Assembly: GCA_010093605.1 (NCBI GenBank)
Contig: MU004188.1
Location: 1,181,673 to 1,245,672, forward strand
Direction of reading: 5' to 3'
Source: Lophium mytilinum
Taxonomy: Eukaryota
Length of the DNA: 64,000 bases
Part shown: piece after piece, positions 38,413 to 51,600 of the stretch
How positions within the stretch are numbered: the first letter of the stretch is position 1
How the letters are laid out: every line of letters begins with the position of its first letter
The notes under the pieces: generated by a model
The model's input: only the letters and a program-made list of their open reading frames with translations
Told to the model about the DNA's origin: nothing
The model's database searches: none
Program-made: the position numbers and the translations under genes

Positions 38413-39820
38413 ATGTTTCTATCACCGAGAGAGCCGTTATCCGCACCCGCTAAAAGGGCTGAGATACATACGCTGAACGTCGTTATCCTTATTGTCAGCA
38501 TCATCTCTGCTCTAGGTGCGGGATGGATCATTATAAGCTTCATAGTTAGTTGGCCGTTGCAGCCCCTCTTATAATAGTACCTAAAGTCTGACCCTCAAAG
38601 CTTTTCAGATCTGTCAGAACGTTTCGGCATCAGCTCATCCTTGGGTTGGCCATCAGCGATTTCTTAATGGCGATTAATTTCATGTCTTCATCCGCGGTCA
38701 ACATCTCCGGCCACATCATATCAGAAAAGCCGCAGGAGAAGTTCTGCGACTTCAACGGCTTCATGACCCAGGTGTTTGTCGTCCAAAGTGAGTGACTCAA
38801 TTTGAAGCCCTGCTACAACTTAGGTAGCTGATTCTCAGCGAAGCGGATTACTGGGTCCTGCTCATCGCCGTATGCACATTCTTCATTGTAGCCAACCACA
38901 AACGCCAATCAACTTGGGTACAAGAGCACCGCATCATCCTCTGGTGCCTACCATGGGGATTCTCCATCTTATGGGCTGCTCTAGGAATGGGCCTCATCGG
39001 ATACGGCGACATCGGAGCATGTACATACATACCTCTTGCCCTCCAAACCGCAACCTTCCCCCCACTAACAAACCCACAGGGTGCTGGTTCACATCCGACA
39101 AAGTGCGCCTCCTCGTCAACTTCATCCCGCGCTGGCTCATCATCCTCACCCTGCTCGCTCTATACGCGCGCCTCTACCTCCTCATCCACAAAGCCCACAA
39201 CCGCTTCCACAGCTTCGACCACCCCTCGGGCTCCCTCGAACTCGCACCCTCCGCCGACTCCATCTCCTCCACCCACCGCATCGGCAAACCCGGCCCAACC
39301 TTCTCTACCTCCACCCCCCGCGACTCCGAAAGCGGCCCTACAGCCCCGCCGCCTCGCCTCACGACGCACACGCGCGGCCCGAACCCCGTGCTGAAGAAGA
39401 TGGCGTACCAGATGATGCTGTACCCGCTCGTGTACATGGTCATCTGGACGATTCCCACCGCCGTGCGCATCTACCAGGCCGTGACGGGGAAGCCGGCGCC
39501 GTTTGGCATCGCGACGGTTGATAAAGTAAGGCGCCTTGCACCCCTCGCCCCCATTCCTACCCCCTCGTCCCCCGTCCTACCCACCCGCACAACCCACCCT
39601 ACCCATCCACTCGGGAGCCGCTATTTCTGAAAAAGCAAACGCTTACGGGAATTCTCTACTCTAGTCGTGCATCGTCATCCAAGGCTTCGCGGACGCGCTC
39701 ATCTACGGCTTCAACGAGGCGTCGATGGGCGTGTGGCGCGCGAAGTTGTTTCCACGGAGGCAGGCCGAGAGGAGGGGAGGGGGGACTGCGTATTCGAATT
39801 CTGGTCATTCGCGGCCTTGA
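38413..39820 (+). CDS. Seven-transmembrane G-protein-coupled receptor (Git3/cAMP-receptor-like; multi-exon)
   Basis: TFRHQLILGLAISDF; FCDFNGFMTQVFVVQ; DYWVLLIA; GYGDIGA/WCWF; NFIPRW; MMLYPLVYMVIWTIP; QGFADALIYGFNE; TGA at 39818-39820. Confidence 0.85.
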
Positions 39821-40320
39821 TAGTGCGAGGCCATGGTTTCCTGGTTTGTTGATGTCCTTTCAGTGGTCTTGATGATATCCTAGAGAGGTTAGTGACGGAA
39901 TACAAACCGAGCTTAAATCTGATTATTCATCTTTAGAGTCGTGACATGGTATAAGCATTTCATTACAGCCCTTTTGAGCCCCTATCCGCATATCTATCGC
40001 ACAAGTCATGTCGTTCCATAAGCGGGACCGCTCGCTCGCTTGCCTGAACTCCACAGCCGTACTCCACCCGGACTGACCTGACCGGGCTGGTTGAACACGC
40101 ATCCCCTCTGAACCCGACTCGTGAAAGCCCCCGAGTCCCTAATACCGAGACCTCCTACCGGCCACCAACTACCAACAGAACCCCGTCAAGATCGACTCCC
40201 AATGCAAATGCAGTGCACCGTCCAAAGAACACCGGGTATGCTTCACCGCACTAACGCCACCAGCCGCCGACACCTAGGAAACAGAAGGAGAACAAACACC
40301 TGACACCCAGCGGCTGCCTC

Positions 40321-42145
40321 TCAATGCTTAATTCGAACCGAGAACGTCTGCTCGAAGTCGGCCACCGGCTCGACGTCGACCTTCTGGTCCTTGTCCAGCA
40401 TCTTGTGGTTGAGGGTCCAGCCGGCGCGGCGGCAGAGCTCACCGACCACGGCGTCGCAGTCGCCGAGGAGGTTGATGTCGAAGTTGATGTGGTGGATAGG
40501 CTAAGTCTAGTGTTAGTCCTACACCTATGTGAGATGACGGGTGGTAGGGAAAAGGGAGTACGTACATCACGTGAGATGTAGATCTGAGGCACGTCTGGGG
40601 GGATGATCTGCGGAATCTCAGACACGGGTGCAACCTTCATGCTTGTACCGATGACGATGACGAGGTCGGCCTTGTCTCTGTCTTGCTCGCGGAGGCGGTC
40701 GAAGAATTCCTGGGGAAGGCCTTCGCCGAAGAACGTGATGTCAGGCTAGAGGAGTGTTAGTCAAAGGCCACTACATATCCAGAACTTCAGGGGGTACACG
40801 AACCTTCATGACTCCAGGCTGGGGAATGTCATACGCGCCATCCGAATCGTCGTCGTCGTCCGCACCAGCCGGCTTCCGCTTACCCTTCGTGCCATTCGAG
40901 CTCCGCTTCCGCTTCATGCCTGGGCGCGGGACTTTGAGATCATCCTCCCGCAGCTGCGCTTTGCATCGCTCGCAATATGCGACGACGTGGGCTTTGATCT
41001 CTTTGAAGATTTCTTCGCCCGGGATCTTGAACTGGCACTTCCGGCATGTGGCAGTCGCCCACGAGCCGTGGCATTGGATTAGCTTGTCCCTACGGATTCC
41101 GGCGTGGCTCTCCACGTTGTCAATGTTTTGGGTGTAGTTCGTGAGAAGCTGGCCCTTTTCCTGCAGTAGTCGGATGAACTCATGGGTTGGGGTCCACTTT
41201 TCTAGATCGGGAAGAATATCGCCGGCAAGATTGTAGAAGACGCTGTGGGTACTCAGCAATCGAAAATAGTCAAACACGCAGGGAACACTTACGTTGGGTC
41301 TTCGTCGAAGTTTTTGATGTCAAATACTTGTTCCGGCTCGTCGTATCCCATCTCTTTGAGCTTAGAGTAGAACCCGGTGTTTTTGGATCGGAAGTCGGGA
41401 ATGCCGAGGCTAGTGGAGATCTAGAGCAAGTAGTTAGTACAAGGTACATGAATGCATGGTTCGATTGCCACCGGCATTTGCCTAAAAGAACGGATAATCT
41501 AGGCTTTGCAAGATTTCCGGTTCTCCTCGTGCCTGGAATATAGAATTACTCACTCCGGCGCCAGTAATGACTAGTATATTCTTCTTCTCCCGCAGCAGGC
41601 GCGCAGCATCGTCAATATCCTTGTACTGCGAAAGACGACGCCGCTTGTTCAGCTCCCTGCTAATCGCGTGGCCGAGCAGCTGGTAGTAGCTGGGATCGGG
41701 CAGGTTCTCCAGAAACTTGGGTATGCGAACACCGAACGCAGTGCACAGCTTCTTCGCTGTGATCTGGCCCTTGGTGATGTACTCGAAGACAAACGGGCCG
41801 GCACCCATATCATGCAGTTTATGGCGGAAGTCGCGCGCTTCTTGAGCCGTGCAGCAATCCTTCCCTGAGGCAATTGTCAGATAGTGCAATCAATCGTGCA
41901 ACCGCGGGGCAGTGAGTCCTACCGCAGTAATCGAAGGCGTCAACTTCGTCGAGGATCTCCTCGACTAGCGACGACGTCTCCCAGCGCTCTCCGTCGTCGT
42001 CTTCCATCTTGGGCACCATGGACGCGTTGACGCTTCCTCGTCTCGTACCAAACGCGCTGTCGGGAGAGTCCTCGGCAGTCAGGTCAGTGATGGCGGCGCC
42101 GACGGGTTCCTGCACCAGCACTGGCGATGTAAAACTTGAGGCCAT
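40321..42145 (-). CDS. SIR2: NAD-dependent histone deacetylase Sir2/Hst1 (start uncertain; in-frame ATGs also near 42248 and 42283)
   Basis: [78 protein letters not shown]. Confidence 0.92.
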
Positions 42146-43534
42146 GTCCAGAATAAGCCGTTCACCAGGGCCGCATGGGTGCTGGTGGGGGGATTGGAAA
42201 GAGGGCAGTGTAGGAAGTAGCGTTGTGGTAGAAGAGGAAGCGGCCATTGGCGAAACGCTTACCTTATCTTGCTCTAACCCCATTGGGCGTGGCCTATATA
42301 CTTTCTGACACTTTTTATTGCCACCACAACATGTGCTATAGCGCTAGCTAAAAGCTATAAGCAGGACGGCAATCTGCTCACTTCTGCTCCTTATGAAGCT
42401 TGAGAGTGAAAACTGCGGGTGTTTGAGAAGTAGCTGTTTAGATTGCACAAACAGTGAACTACGTGCATCTATGCTGTACTAGCGCTCGACAAAGTTGCTT
42501 TCGAGCCGCCTGTCAGCATTCCGTTAAAAACCAGATGTCAATCTCAGATAGCCACTCGTACACGCATGAGCACGCGGAGAAGGCGTATCAGTCTTACACA
42601 ATTCACTCATCTGAATAGCAACGCTGTGATAGGTGGCTGTCGGCATTGCCTTAGCCGAGACCAAAAACCTCTTTCAGGCTTCAAGAACTCACAAAGAGAA
42701 CACTCATCCTTGGTGGATATAGTTTGATATCTCTTCGATGGAAAATCGAGCTGTTCTACGCGCGCTATGTATTGATCAGTCAAAAGGGGTGTTCTAGTGG
42801 CTTGCAACACTACGTTCCCGATTAGGCTTTACACATGGGTACAAGGTCACTATAAGCCCATTTTTGCAGCACTTTATGTGCGTACTAATTCAGATCGGGA
42901 AACTATCCGTTACTGTTTCAATACAGCAATGTTCGTAGGTGACCGCTTGCCTTCCCGAGCTGCATGGATCAATGCACCCATCGCACGTCACAACGACCAA
43001 TCCTCCCTTACGTCGCGCAACAGACTCGGGACCGGCGTCTTGGTGTGGGTGGACAACAGAATGCCGGGACCTCTATCGTGGGACCAGGTAACGTCACTGA
43101 ATCCCGAGAACAGTATCTTCGACATTTCTTTACCGACAAAGAACAGTAGACCGAATACTGGTAATGCAAAATTATCAATTAATGTTATAAAGCTACTACC
43201 TACTCGCATAAATAGTTTCATCATGTCAACAAAGCGTGGGATATCGGAAACGTAGAAAAAACGCAGCGCTGGCAACAAAAAGATTCCAAGCCAACAAAAA
43301 GCGTAACGATCAAACATGTTTTTCCCCAAACCATAACGTCGTCCTCCTTGCCTTTCAGTAAAAAATGTTCCCCAAGCCTCCTGTAACTCCTCCTTTTCTC
43401 GTCTCCACTTGACGCTGTCGTAGGTAATGTAGAAATAGGTCAAATGAAGTTGCGCTGTTCTCTTCTCTTCTCGCTGTCCTACGCTGGTTGGATGACTGGG
43501 TATCGAAATGGTGATGCGCGGTAGAGAAGCTGCT

Positions 43535-44228
43535 TTACATGGCGAGCATGCCGAGGAAGCCAAGCGCGCCTGCAATGCCAGCGCCCATGACGGCAGTCGG
43601 GTAGGACGCGCCTCCGGTTTGGGTAGACGAGGCAGCGGCAGTAGCACCGCTGGCACCGCTGGCACCGCTGGCACTGGCGATGGAAGACTCGCTGCCAGCA
43701 GTGGTCGCGCTTAGGGTCGGGGAGTGGACAGTCGAGACGACAGTGCCGTTTCCGGACGGCGAGATAGTTGCGCTAACGGTCCCGACAACAGTGGAGATGA
43801 CGGTGAGGACGGATGAAGAGGAAGATGGCGCAGGCGTGCTCGAGGCCGAGGCAACGGAACTAGACGATGGTGTCGGGGTCTGCTCGGCATATAGAATAGG
43901 CAGGTAGCTCTTCACGTCGTTTGGTAAGGCTGAGTACCACCCCGGAGTCTCGCCAGCGCTGAAGGAGGAGGCAATGATGCTGCCGACCTCGTTCTGGTTG
44001 GTGATGGCGATCTGGAGAAGAGAAGAAGGTAGAGCAGTCAGGAGGACTGAGAGCACGGAAGCCTCAGTTCTACGGGTCAATTAGCAGGCTGGACTTTCGG
44101 CTTATGCGACAGAGGACTACGAACGGGTCTATGGTTATGCTGCTGGCTTGCCTGTTGGCAAGGTCGGCGTTGGGGGCGGCAATGGCCACGGAGGCCAGGG
44201 CCATGAGGGCAACAGTCTTGAAGTGCAT
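43535..44228 (-). CDS. Secreted Ser/Thr-rich, probably GPI-anchored cell-wall protein (1 intron)
   Basis: Signal peptide MHFKTVALMALASVAIA; domain VLLTALPSSLLQIAITN..GETPGWYSALPNDVKSYL; S/T-rich stalk with (ASG)x3; hydrophobic C-terminus GGASYPTAVMGAGIAGALGFLGMLAM. Confidence 0.85.
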
Positions 44229-45752
44229 AGCGACGGTGTTCAAACGAGCGATTTGGACGCGATGCGACAATGAATGAGTGTGGGGAAGCGACCGAACAGG
44301 CTGAGGGCTCGTATAACTGCGCGGACACGGTGTATGCAAGAGGTGAGGGCTGAGACAGGTGCAGGGAGAGGGATGGGGGATATATGGGGCGCGCCCTCCG
44401 AAATCAACACACCATGGCTGCATGTGGCGGTTAGCACCAGCCTAATCTCCATGGCGCCAACAGGCGGCGGGCCTTGGGCGATTCACAGGCGCTGCTCCCA
44501 GGGTGTCTTGGGGTGCTCTTTTGCGCCGCGTCGCACCGGACGCGTGTCGGGACCGGCTGCATGCATCTAGCTAGTCCAGCTGGTGTGCTGGAGCTGAAGA
44601 CGGCTGCAGCAGCCAGCGAAATCGCAGCCCTCAACACAATTTTCAGAGCAAGACCTCATTGTCGAGCTTGAAGCAGACGGCGCACGGGCACGGCGACGGC
44701 GATGCTAGGAGAAGCAGCTCGTTGCATCCTCATTTTACGGTCTCGCGCAGCCAATGGCTCCCCTGTCCTCCACACTGGTCGAGCAGCTGGGCATCTCATT
44801 TCCACTCGGGCCGAAGCGACTCCAGTAAAGAGTTCCGAGACCCTGCATGCGACCCTCTCAGGCCTCTCCCGCAAGCTGAGACAGGCAGTCTTTGCCATGC
44901 CGACGGCCAATCCCAGCACCCGCGCGATTGGTGTCTGGAACGTGCGAGAGCACCTCATGCGCGACACTGGCCATCGCCAATCCTCGCCCGGCCCGTGTCC
45001 GCCTCAATATCCACGGCACATTCGCGATGCTTGGCTAGCTTCATTGGAGAAGTTGAATTTGCCTCATCTCATCGCCAACGCGAATACACGTGCTTGTCAG
45101 GGGTATCGTGTTCCTCAGGCACCGCTTGTATCACGAACTCCGCACTTGACACACTGGTCAGTTACGGATCTAGTTGCCCGTTTCGGGCTGCACTGGTTTT
45201 GGGAGCCTCATACCGTACTCCAGCTTCATCGTGCCATTGTGCGCTCGGCAACCAGTTGCCTGGGACGTTTTGCCAATCTGATTCCTGGCTTCGTTCACCT
45301 GTCCTGTCTATACCCTATGAGGTGGCTCGGCGAAGTATGACATCTTTTGAGCCTTTTCAATGTCTACATCTGTACATGCACACTGAACCGTTCAATTTAC
45401 TCTTCAATCACAATCTTCTTTCTCGTCCATCACGCTTCATCTTCGTCTTCTGTATCAATCCTTGTCCCTATCCGAACACGAGTCGTGGCTGGGAATGGCG
45501 TCCTCCTGCGCGTCTAACCCCACCTGTGCGCATCTCCGCTGAGAGCGCTTCTCACCATCCTGGAAACAATGGAAGCCGCCGGCGTCTGGCGCTCTGCAAA
45601 GCCTTATAATGTGTACTGCCTCTGAGCCTCGTTGCTTTTGCAGACGACAAGACTGCTGCCGGTCTCACAGACTCTGAGCGCACCAACATGCTGACCACGA
45701 CAACCACGAGTGTGACATTCCCGTGAGCCTCAGCGCCGCGAATAATCTCATA

Positions 45753-46724
45753 ATGCGCAGTACACTTTTCGTGGTTTCCACGCTTGCTGGCGCGGTTGTT
45801 GCTACTAACGTGCCCTTGCACCAACGAAGTGTGCACGACCAGGCTGGAGGGGTCGCCCTAACTACAACACCAGCTCCATTAATTGGGGCACTAGATCTCA
45901 GAAAAAGACAAGCTAGTACCTATGACATGTTCGCCGCTTGATTGACTTCAATCTGCGCTCTCCTCTAACAAAGACCAGAGTCAGCTCATTGCTCGAGGAG
46001 CAGTCCATCTATAATGTCCTCGCGACCGCCCTCCCATTATCCTTCTACGAGATCGCCATCACAAACCCCGGCGCCGTGAGCTCCATCCTATCCTCCGAAT
46101 TTGCTGCCGGCGAAAATCCCCTCTTCGTACGAAGCGCTGCCGGCAGACGTCAAAACCTACCTCGAAACCGCCACCGGAGGTCTATTCGGAGATAGTACTG
46201 AGGCTTTATCGTACTCCGTCCCCTCGTTTTCGATCCCAGCAAACACAGACGCTTCGTATGCTGCGGAGATCAGCTCCATCCTTGCTCTATAGAGTATCAG
46301 CTACTCGAACCCCTTCCTCTCAGCAGTGCAAACTACGAACTCTGCCGGCGCTCAAGCAACCTCCGCCTCAGTAGCCTCCGACACAAATACAGCGGTCGTC
46401 GTACAACAGCAGAAGAGCTCCTCTGGCCTCTCCACTGGTGCTAAGATTGGTATAGGAGTCGACGTGCCGGTCGCCGTGCTCGGGATCGGTGCCATCGTAG
46501 GCTTATTTCTTATCATGAGCCACCGAAGAAAGAAGCAGAGGAATGCAGTAAATTCGACGGTTGTGGGCAATTTCGAGGCGAAGCCGGTGGGCATGCCGCC
46601 CGCGCAACCGCAATATTCGGGACAGCAAACGCAGTACTACCCTCATAAGCAGGTGGCGGAATTGGCACCGCAGAATAATGTGCCAGAGCGTCACTCGGCG
46701 CCACGGTCGCTGTATGAGATGTGA
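45753..46724 (+). pseudogene. Divergently oriented paralogue of the GPI protein with a single-pass Mid2-like TM and cytoplasmic tail; frameshift and stop
   Basis: Signal peptide MRSTLFVVSTLAGAVVA; VLATALPLSFYEIAITN..AAGENP, +1 shift in CCCC near 46118-46121, then SSYEALPADVKTYL. In-frame TAG at 46290-46292, then GLSTGAKIGIGVDVPVAVLGIGAIVGLFLIMSHRRKK. Confidence 0.75.
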
Positions 46725-47059
46725 GGGCGAGATGAATGATGCGTGGTAAAGTTACGAGTTAGATTGTATGTCAACACCCAGAGTAATTCCTACTGCTCTT
46801 AGCATGTTTTTAGGACTTTGAACCACGAAGAAAGTTTACGTGCCCTCCATTTGTCAATTCTTTCACCATTCTGCGCTTCTAGCGGCTACCTAGTATACCC
46901 TCCGTCCCTTACGCCGAGACGCCGCTTTGCTCCGATATAAATCAACCGCATGAGATTGATTTCTTGAGGCGCAACGCAGACGCAGCGATGACTATTGTCG
47001 TGGGCGCTCCTTGTCATGCAAGAAAACCGGAGCAAAAGGATCCAGGTTCAGGACATTTA

Positions 47060-47140
47060 CACCAAAGCCCCCGAAGAGACCCAACACTCAGCCTTACTAA
47101 CCGACGTGAAGAGCTACTTCCCGATCCTGTATGCGGATCG
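47060..47140 (+). pseudogene. Short third relic of the same cell-wall protein domain
   Basis: EETQHSALLTDVKSYFPILYAD aligns with GETPGWYSALPNDVKSYLPILYAE of the 43535-44228 gene. Confidence 0.6.
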
Positions 47141-48343
47141 CAGCAACACTCAGGAATTGACGTCCCAAGCTAGTCGGATTACGGCACCTCACCTCACCCC
47201 TCTCATGTTCCAATGCTCCGCATCACCAAATAAACCTAAACTCCCCATCTCTCCCTCCCAGACATCTCCGCCAGCTCCCTCATCGTCGCTGCTCTTCATC
47301 AAACACTCTCGAACCCCCTCTCGGCCAACGCCGATCCCACCACTACGCTTCTCCAAGCCCGCTTCTCCACCAGACCATAGACTCTTCTTCAATACATACT
47401 TAAAGACTCCCCCGACCCCTTCCTAGCTCTGTCTACAGATTGGAGGGGAGGGGAGGAGCTTTTATAGGCAATGGAGAGGGGAAACGGGGGACACGTGGAG
47501 GGCACGTGGTTTTCGCAGACGAGCAGGAAGGGAGGTGACAGCGGGGGGAACTATTTTTAGGAAGGTGGCGCGGGGATCACTGAGCTACTTTTGCATGATC
47601 ATGCGATTATTGGTACGTTGATGGCGTTCGATCAGATAGGAGGTGTTATTAGAATTAAGGAGGTGGTCTTAGTTATGTAGGGGATTGGAGGGGAGTGGAT
47701 GAGGTATGAGAGCGTTTAGCGTGGATTTCTTCATAGATACAAGGCAGGGTAGAATGATCGGGAGAAGAGGGATGCGAGAGGTGTCTGTGGGACTAGAGTA
47801 GGATTAGGTGGTAGGGATAGAGGTGGTGAAGATGGAAATGGAAGCTTGAGGAGACAGAATAGGGGTGTGGTGTCACGAGTTGACTTATTTTCATTATCCA
47901 TCAAGCGTGCCGTCGTTCACGTGATGCTACATCTCTTGCGATATAAAGTGTTGCCTTCGACTAGCCTGCCCCATTCTTCAGGAGAGGATGGCTTAGTGCG
48001 ATTGACGTCTAGGAAAACCAGACGACGCAATACTCATATATTTTGCCAGAGTGGAATTGGCAAAACCCATGATCAAGAAGACAATGGATGGTCGGCATCG
48101 ATAACTGTGTGGAGAATGGTAGTGGAGAGTGCTGGATATCTTAAGCTCATGATGCGCTCTATCACCTCGAAGATTCGCCCACGCTCGCCTGGTTCCAGTC
48201 TTAAAACCTGGCATCACTGATCAGTATCTCTGCTTTACCACCTTCCAGCAACGACAAACACCATCGCCGAATGGAAAAGATGGACATCAGCTAAACTCTG
48301 ACATCCCCTCCCCTCCAGATCCATTATAAACTCCTCTCCTATT

Positions 48344-48640
48344 TTTGATCCTCCACCACCCCCTCCATGGTTGAGACGACAATTGGGTTTTGATCCACTC
48401 CGACTCCCACCACCACATTCGTCGTTCCCTAAAAAGATTTGATCCTCCGACCCGTCCCCATGGATGGGTACACCGGCGTATTTTGATCCGCTCTCAACCT
48501 TCACCGCGACATGTGCCGCTCGTGCTGGCTATTTGATCCCCTCCAGCTTGCCCGACGCATAAGTGTCTGTCTGCCCACGTTATATTACCCTCCCCAAATC
48601 CCACCACACATGCAATTTCTGCTTTGAATGTTTGACCCGC
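48344..48640. repeat. Periodic TTTGATCC motif array
   Basis: Exact TTTGATCC at 48344, 48389, 48438, 48482 and 48532 (spacings 45, 49, 44, 50). Variant TTTGACCC at 48631. Confidence 0.6.
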
Positions 48641-51600
48641 AACCTCCACCGCACCATGGGAGGAAAATGTAGTTTGTTTGATGATTCCACACCATAAAAG
48701 CCGTGGTCGTCGTTTTTAGATCCTCCCCCGTCTCCCTGCGAGACCTTGAAGAAAGAAAAGCAGAGTTCAGCGAGCGAGCGAAAGGTTTTACAGCGGAGCT
48801 TAGTAAGGGGCACGTGGGATCATCTGATTCGAAGGTTGGAGAGTGACGTAAGTCAATGGGAGTAGAGGGGAGTACGTTAGCTAAGCGGGACACGTGAAAC
48901 ACGTGAACCGCCACCTAAAAACCTACTTAAACCAGTCTTCCGTCTACTTTCCGTGTTTCCTTCCTCAGGGTTCTTTCGCATTTCTCCGCTAGCAAACTCC
49001 GACTACTGGTCGCGCCATGTCGCAGCGGGAGTGGTCTGAACTGGAAAGCAGATGAGAGACGATGTGGGGAGGGTTTTGGGGGGTTGGTGGGATTTATCAA
49101 ATCACAAGGTTCCGTGTCATGTAGTTCGCGAGTGTCTGGAGGCGCGTTCGGAGTTCTCGAACTTAGATGGTGATTCCCCTTATCACCTCCTATTAGGGAC
49201 GAAGATAACCTTACCAGCACTAAACTGGTGGTCAGCATATTTCATTGCCGACATCAGCAAAAGGCCGTACGTAGAGCTACTCATTATCAGCACCTATTCA
49301 GAGCAACATCATACAGGGTGCGAAGCTTCACCTCCATGTAACATAGGATCTCCCTTGTATGACTCCCTTTCAACTTTTCCAATTCCAAAAAGCTCATTTG
49401 ACGGAACAGTCGGGCGATTTTGATGTCTAATGGTCGAAGCCCATCGCGAAATTCCGAGCACCACTCCAGAATCCATGTGGCAGTGCGTGCAAAACTGTTG
49501 CAACGGACAACTTGCAACCCCACGCCTATCTCAAGTTCGTGGAGGAGAAGGTTTTGTACCCCGTCGGAGAACTGATTACGTTATACGCACGTGTTTGTCA
49601 GTGACGTTACGCGTGAGCGAGCAGCTGATCAGGGGCCTACCGATGCTCTCTTCGCAGGTCTCGGACCTGTTTTGATCTAACAAGAGAGCTTTTGAGGGAA
49701 CGCTTTCCGAGTTCACCGTTTTGGGAGCAGCGATTTCCAAAACTCGGGACTGAAACAGTGCAGAGGGGGCTCAGTGGCTTCCAATTGCTTCTCCTGGTTC
49801 TATCCACGCCGTGTGGTGCAGAGTGTACCGAACGAGATGTGCGCGATTTGCTCGCTCTAGCTGCATCGCAGCATTTTCATGAGTGACCACAGAGTTTTCA
49901 AGTGCCCTTACTCTCTATCCAGTAGTGCGAAGATCGCGTAGGAAGATTAGTGACGTCTAAGAGAAGAGCGATGGCATAGATTCTATGTAGGCTTCTATTG
50001 AAGCCCACTATCAACAGGCAGAATGAATCGAATTAGAAAGAATGAGCATGTGTAGACCGTTCTCCATGCCTTGTATTAGTAAACGCATTAAAGTGCATTC
50101 ATCGGTCTTGGAAAAGGCGCAGGAGGTGCATCCGCTTTGGACTTGAGAAAGATAAACAGCAATGAATCGTGAAAAAGGAGAAAATATCACCATAGGGGTC
50201 ACCGACTACGGCGAGCAGACGCGGTACCGTCACAACAGGATCCGGGAAATGCATAGCCATGAAAACTCTACAGATAGGCGTGGTGAAAAGAAACATAAGA
50301 GCTTCCACGATGGAGATCACCGACTACCGCCCTGTAACCTGTTTTGGCGATGGCTCCTGCGTGTATGGTTTGAGACCACGAGGTATAAGCAGAGGTTAGA
50401 GGAGCTCTGACGTTACTGGTCGAGTATGCTAATCTGACGTGTATCGATAATCAAACAAGTCTGAGTGCTATCCATGAAGCTACGTAGAGCTCTGCTTTGG
50501 CGTCGGGTGATGTTGGGCATACACAGAGGTGGGGGTAGTCGCTGAGGTGTAAGTGGGTTTGGTGTGATAGGTCGACCTGAGTACGCCTATAGCGCCGTCT
50601 TAGGCGCCTTGATACATTATCATGAATCTGAAATAGATAAGAAGCGCACCGGTCTGAATGATGGGTTAGCGGCTACCTTAGCCGAGACCATCTACCGACC
50701 AAAGCCATAGAAAGGGTAATTTTGATGCTCGAGGAGAAGAAGTTTGGTGCTTCAGATTAATCTGGACGAAAGTTTTATCGAAGTGCAAAATTTTAAACGG
50801 GGCTGAGAAGAAAGCTGAAAGAACGAATGATACCGTCAACGCTTTCCAACATTCACTATTGACTAGTGAAGCAAACTCACGCTCGCTGAAGCTTAAAATC
50901 TGAAGCTTTCAAAAACTTCGATGGATGTCTCATCAGAGTACCCTGAGAGGGCAGTGCGGTTGTTTCCTGGACTTAGGTCGGCCGGAGTTGTCACAGCCAT
51001 GCATTAGTGTACCAGCTTTTGAAAAGCACTAGACTTGTTCACACGTGGTGCCACACGTGGACGATCGCCTTGATCCACCCATGGATAAAGTTTCGTCTAC
51101 TGCCACTTCATGTTCGAAGGAGCCTGCCGCAATGGCCGTTGTGGATAGAAAGTCTGAAGAATTCTCAATACGCCGGCACAATGAGGTGCTTGCGTTGCCA
51201 TTCTTTCCCCGTCGAGAGACCGGTACTCAGCAACGGCCCACCTGAAGATAGTGCGAGAAGGTTGAGCTAAACACGGCAGGTGATCCCGATCCCAGCGTCA
51301 CATGTCGATATTCTCGACCACATATCTTTGGGCAGCATCAAGCGCCAGGACTCAAGTTCTTGGGGATTGGAGCTGTCAAATGCAACGCTACGATGAAGGT
51401 GTGCAGCGAGGGAGATCTGCAACCAGGTGATGGTGTGATGGTATGGTGGTTGATCATGCTCACTCACATTCTAGAGTCCCAATAGGGTAATACATCCTCC
51501 TCACCTACCTCCCTAACGGTTATCCCGACAGATAGTCAGCCCTGGAAGAATATGTGCGAGGTTCTATTCTAAGATACACACTCTTTGGGATTCAAGTCCG

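Noticed and set aside
42607..43674. ORFs of 152 and 228 aa between SIR2 and the GPI gene
   Set aside because: No motifs, and the longer one overlaps the 3' end and UTR of the GPI gene.
44659..45609. 316-aa and 212-aa overlapping ORFs
   Set aside because: No recognisable motif and non-ATG starts. They lie in the GC-rich region between the two divergent cell-wall genes.
48344..48640. CRISPR interpretation of the repeat-spacer pattern
   Set aside because: Eukaryotic context, a repeat of only 8 bp, and no cas genes.
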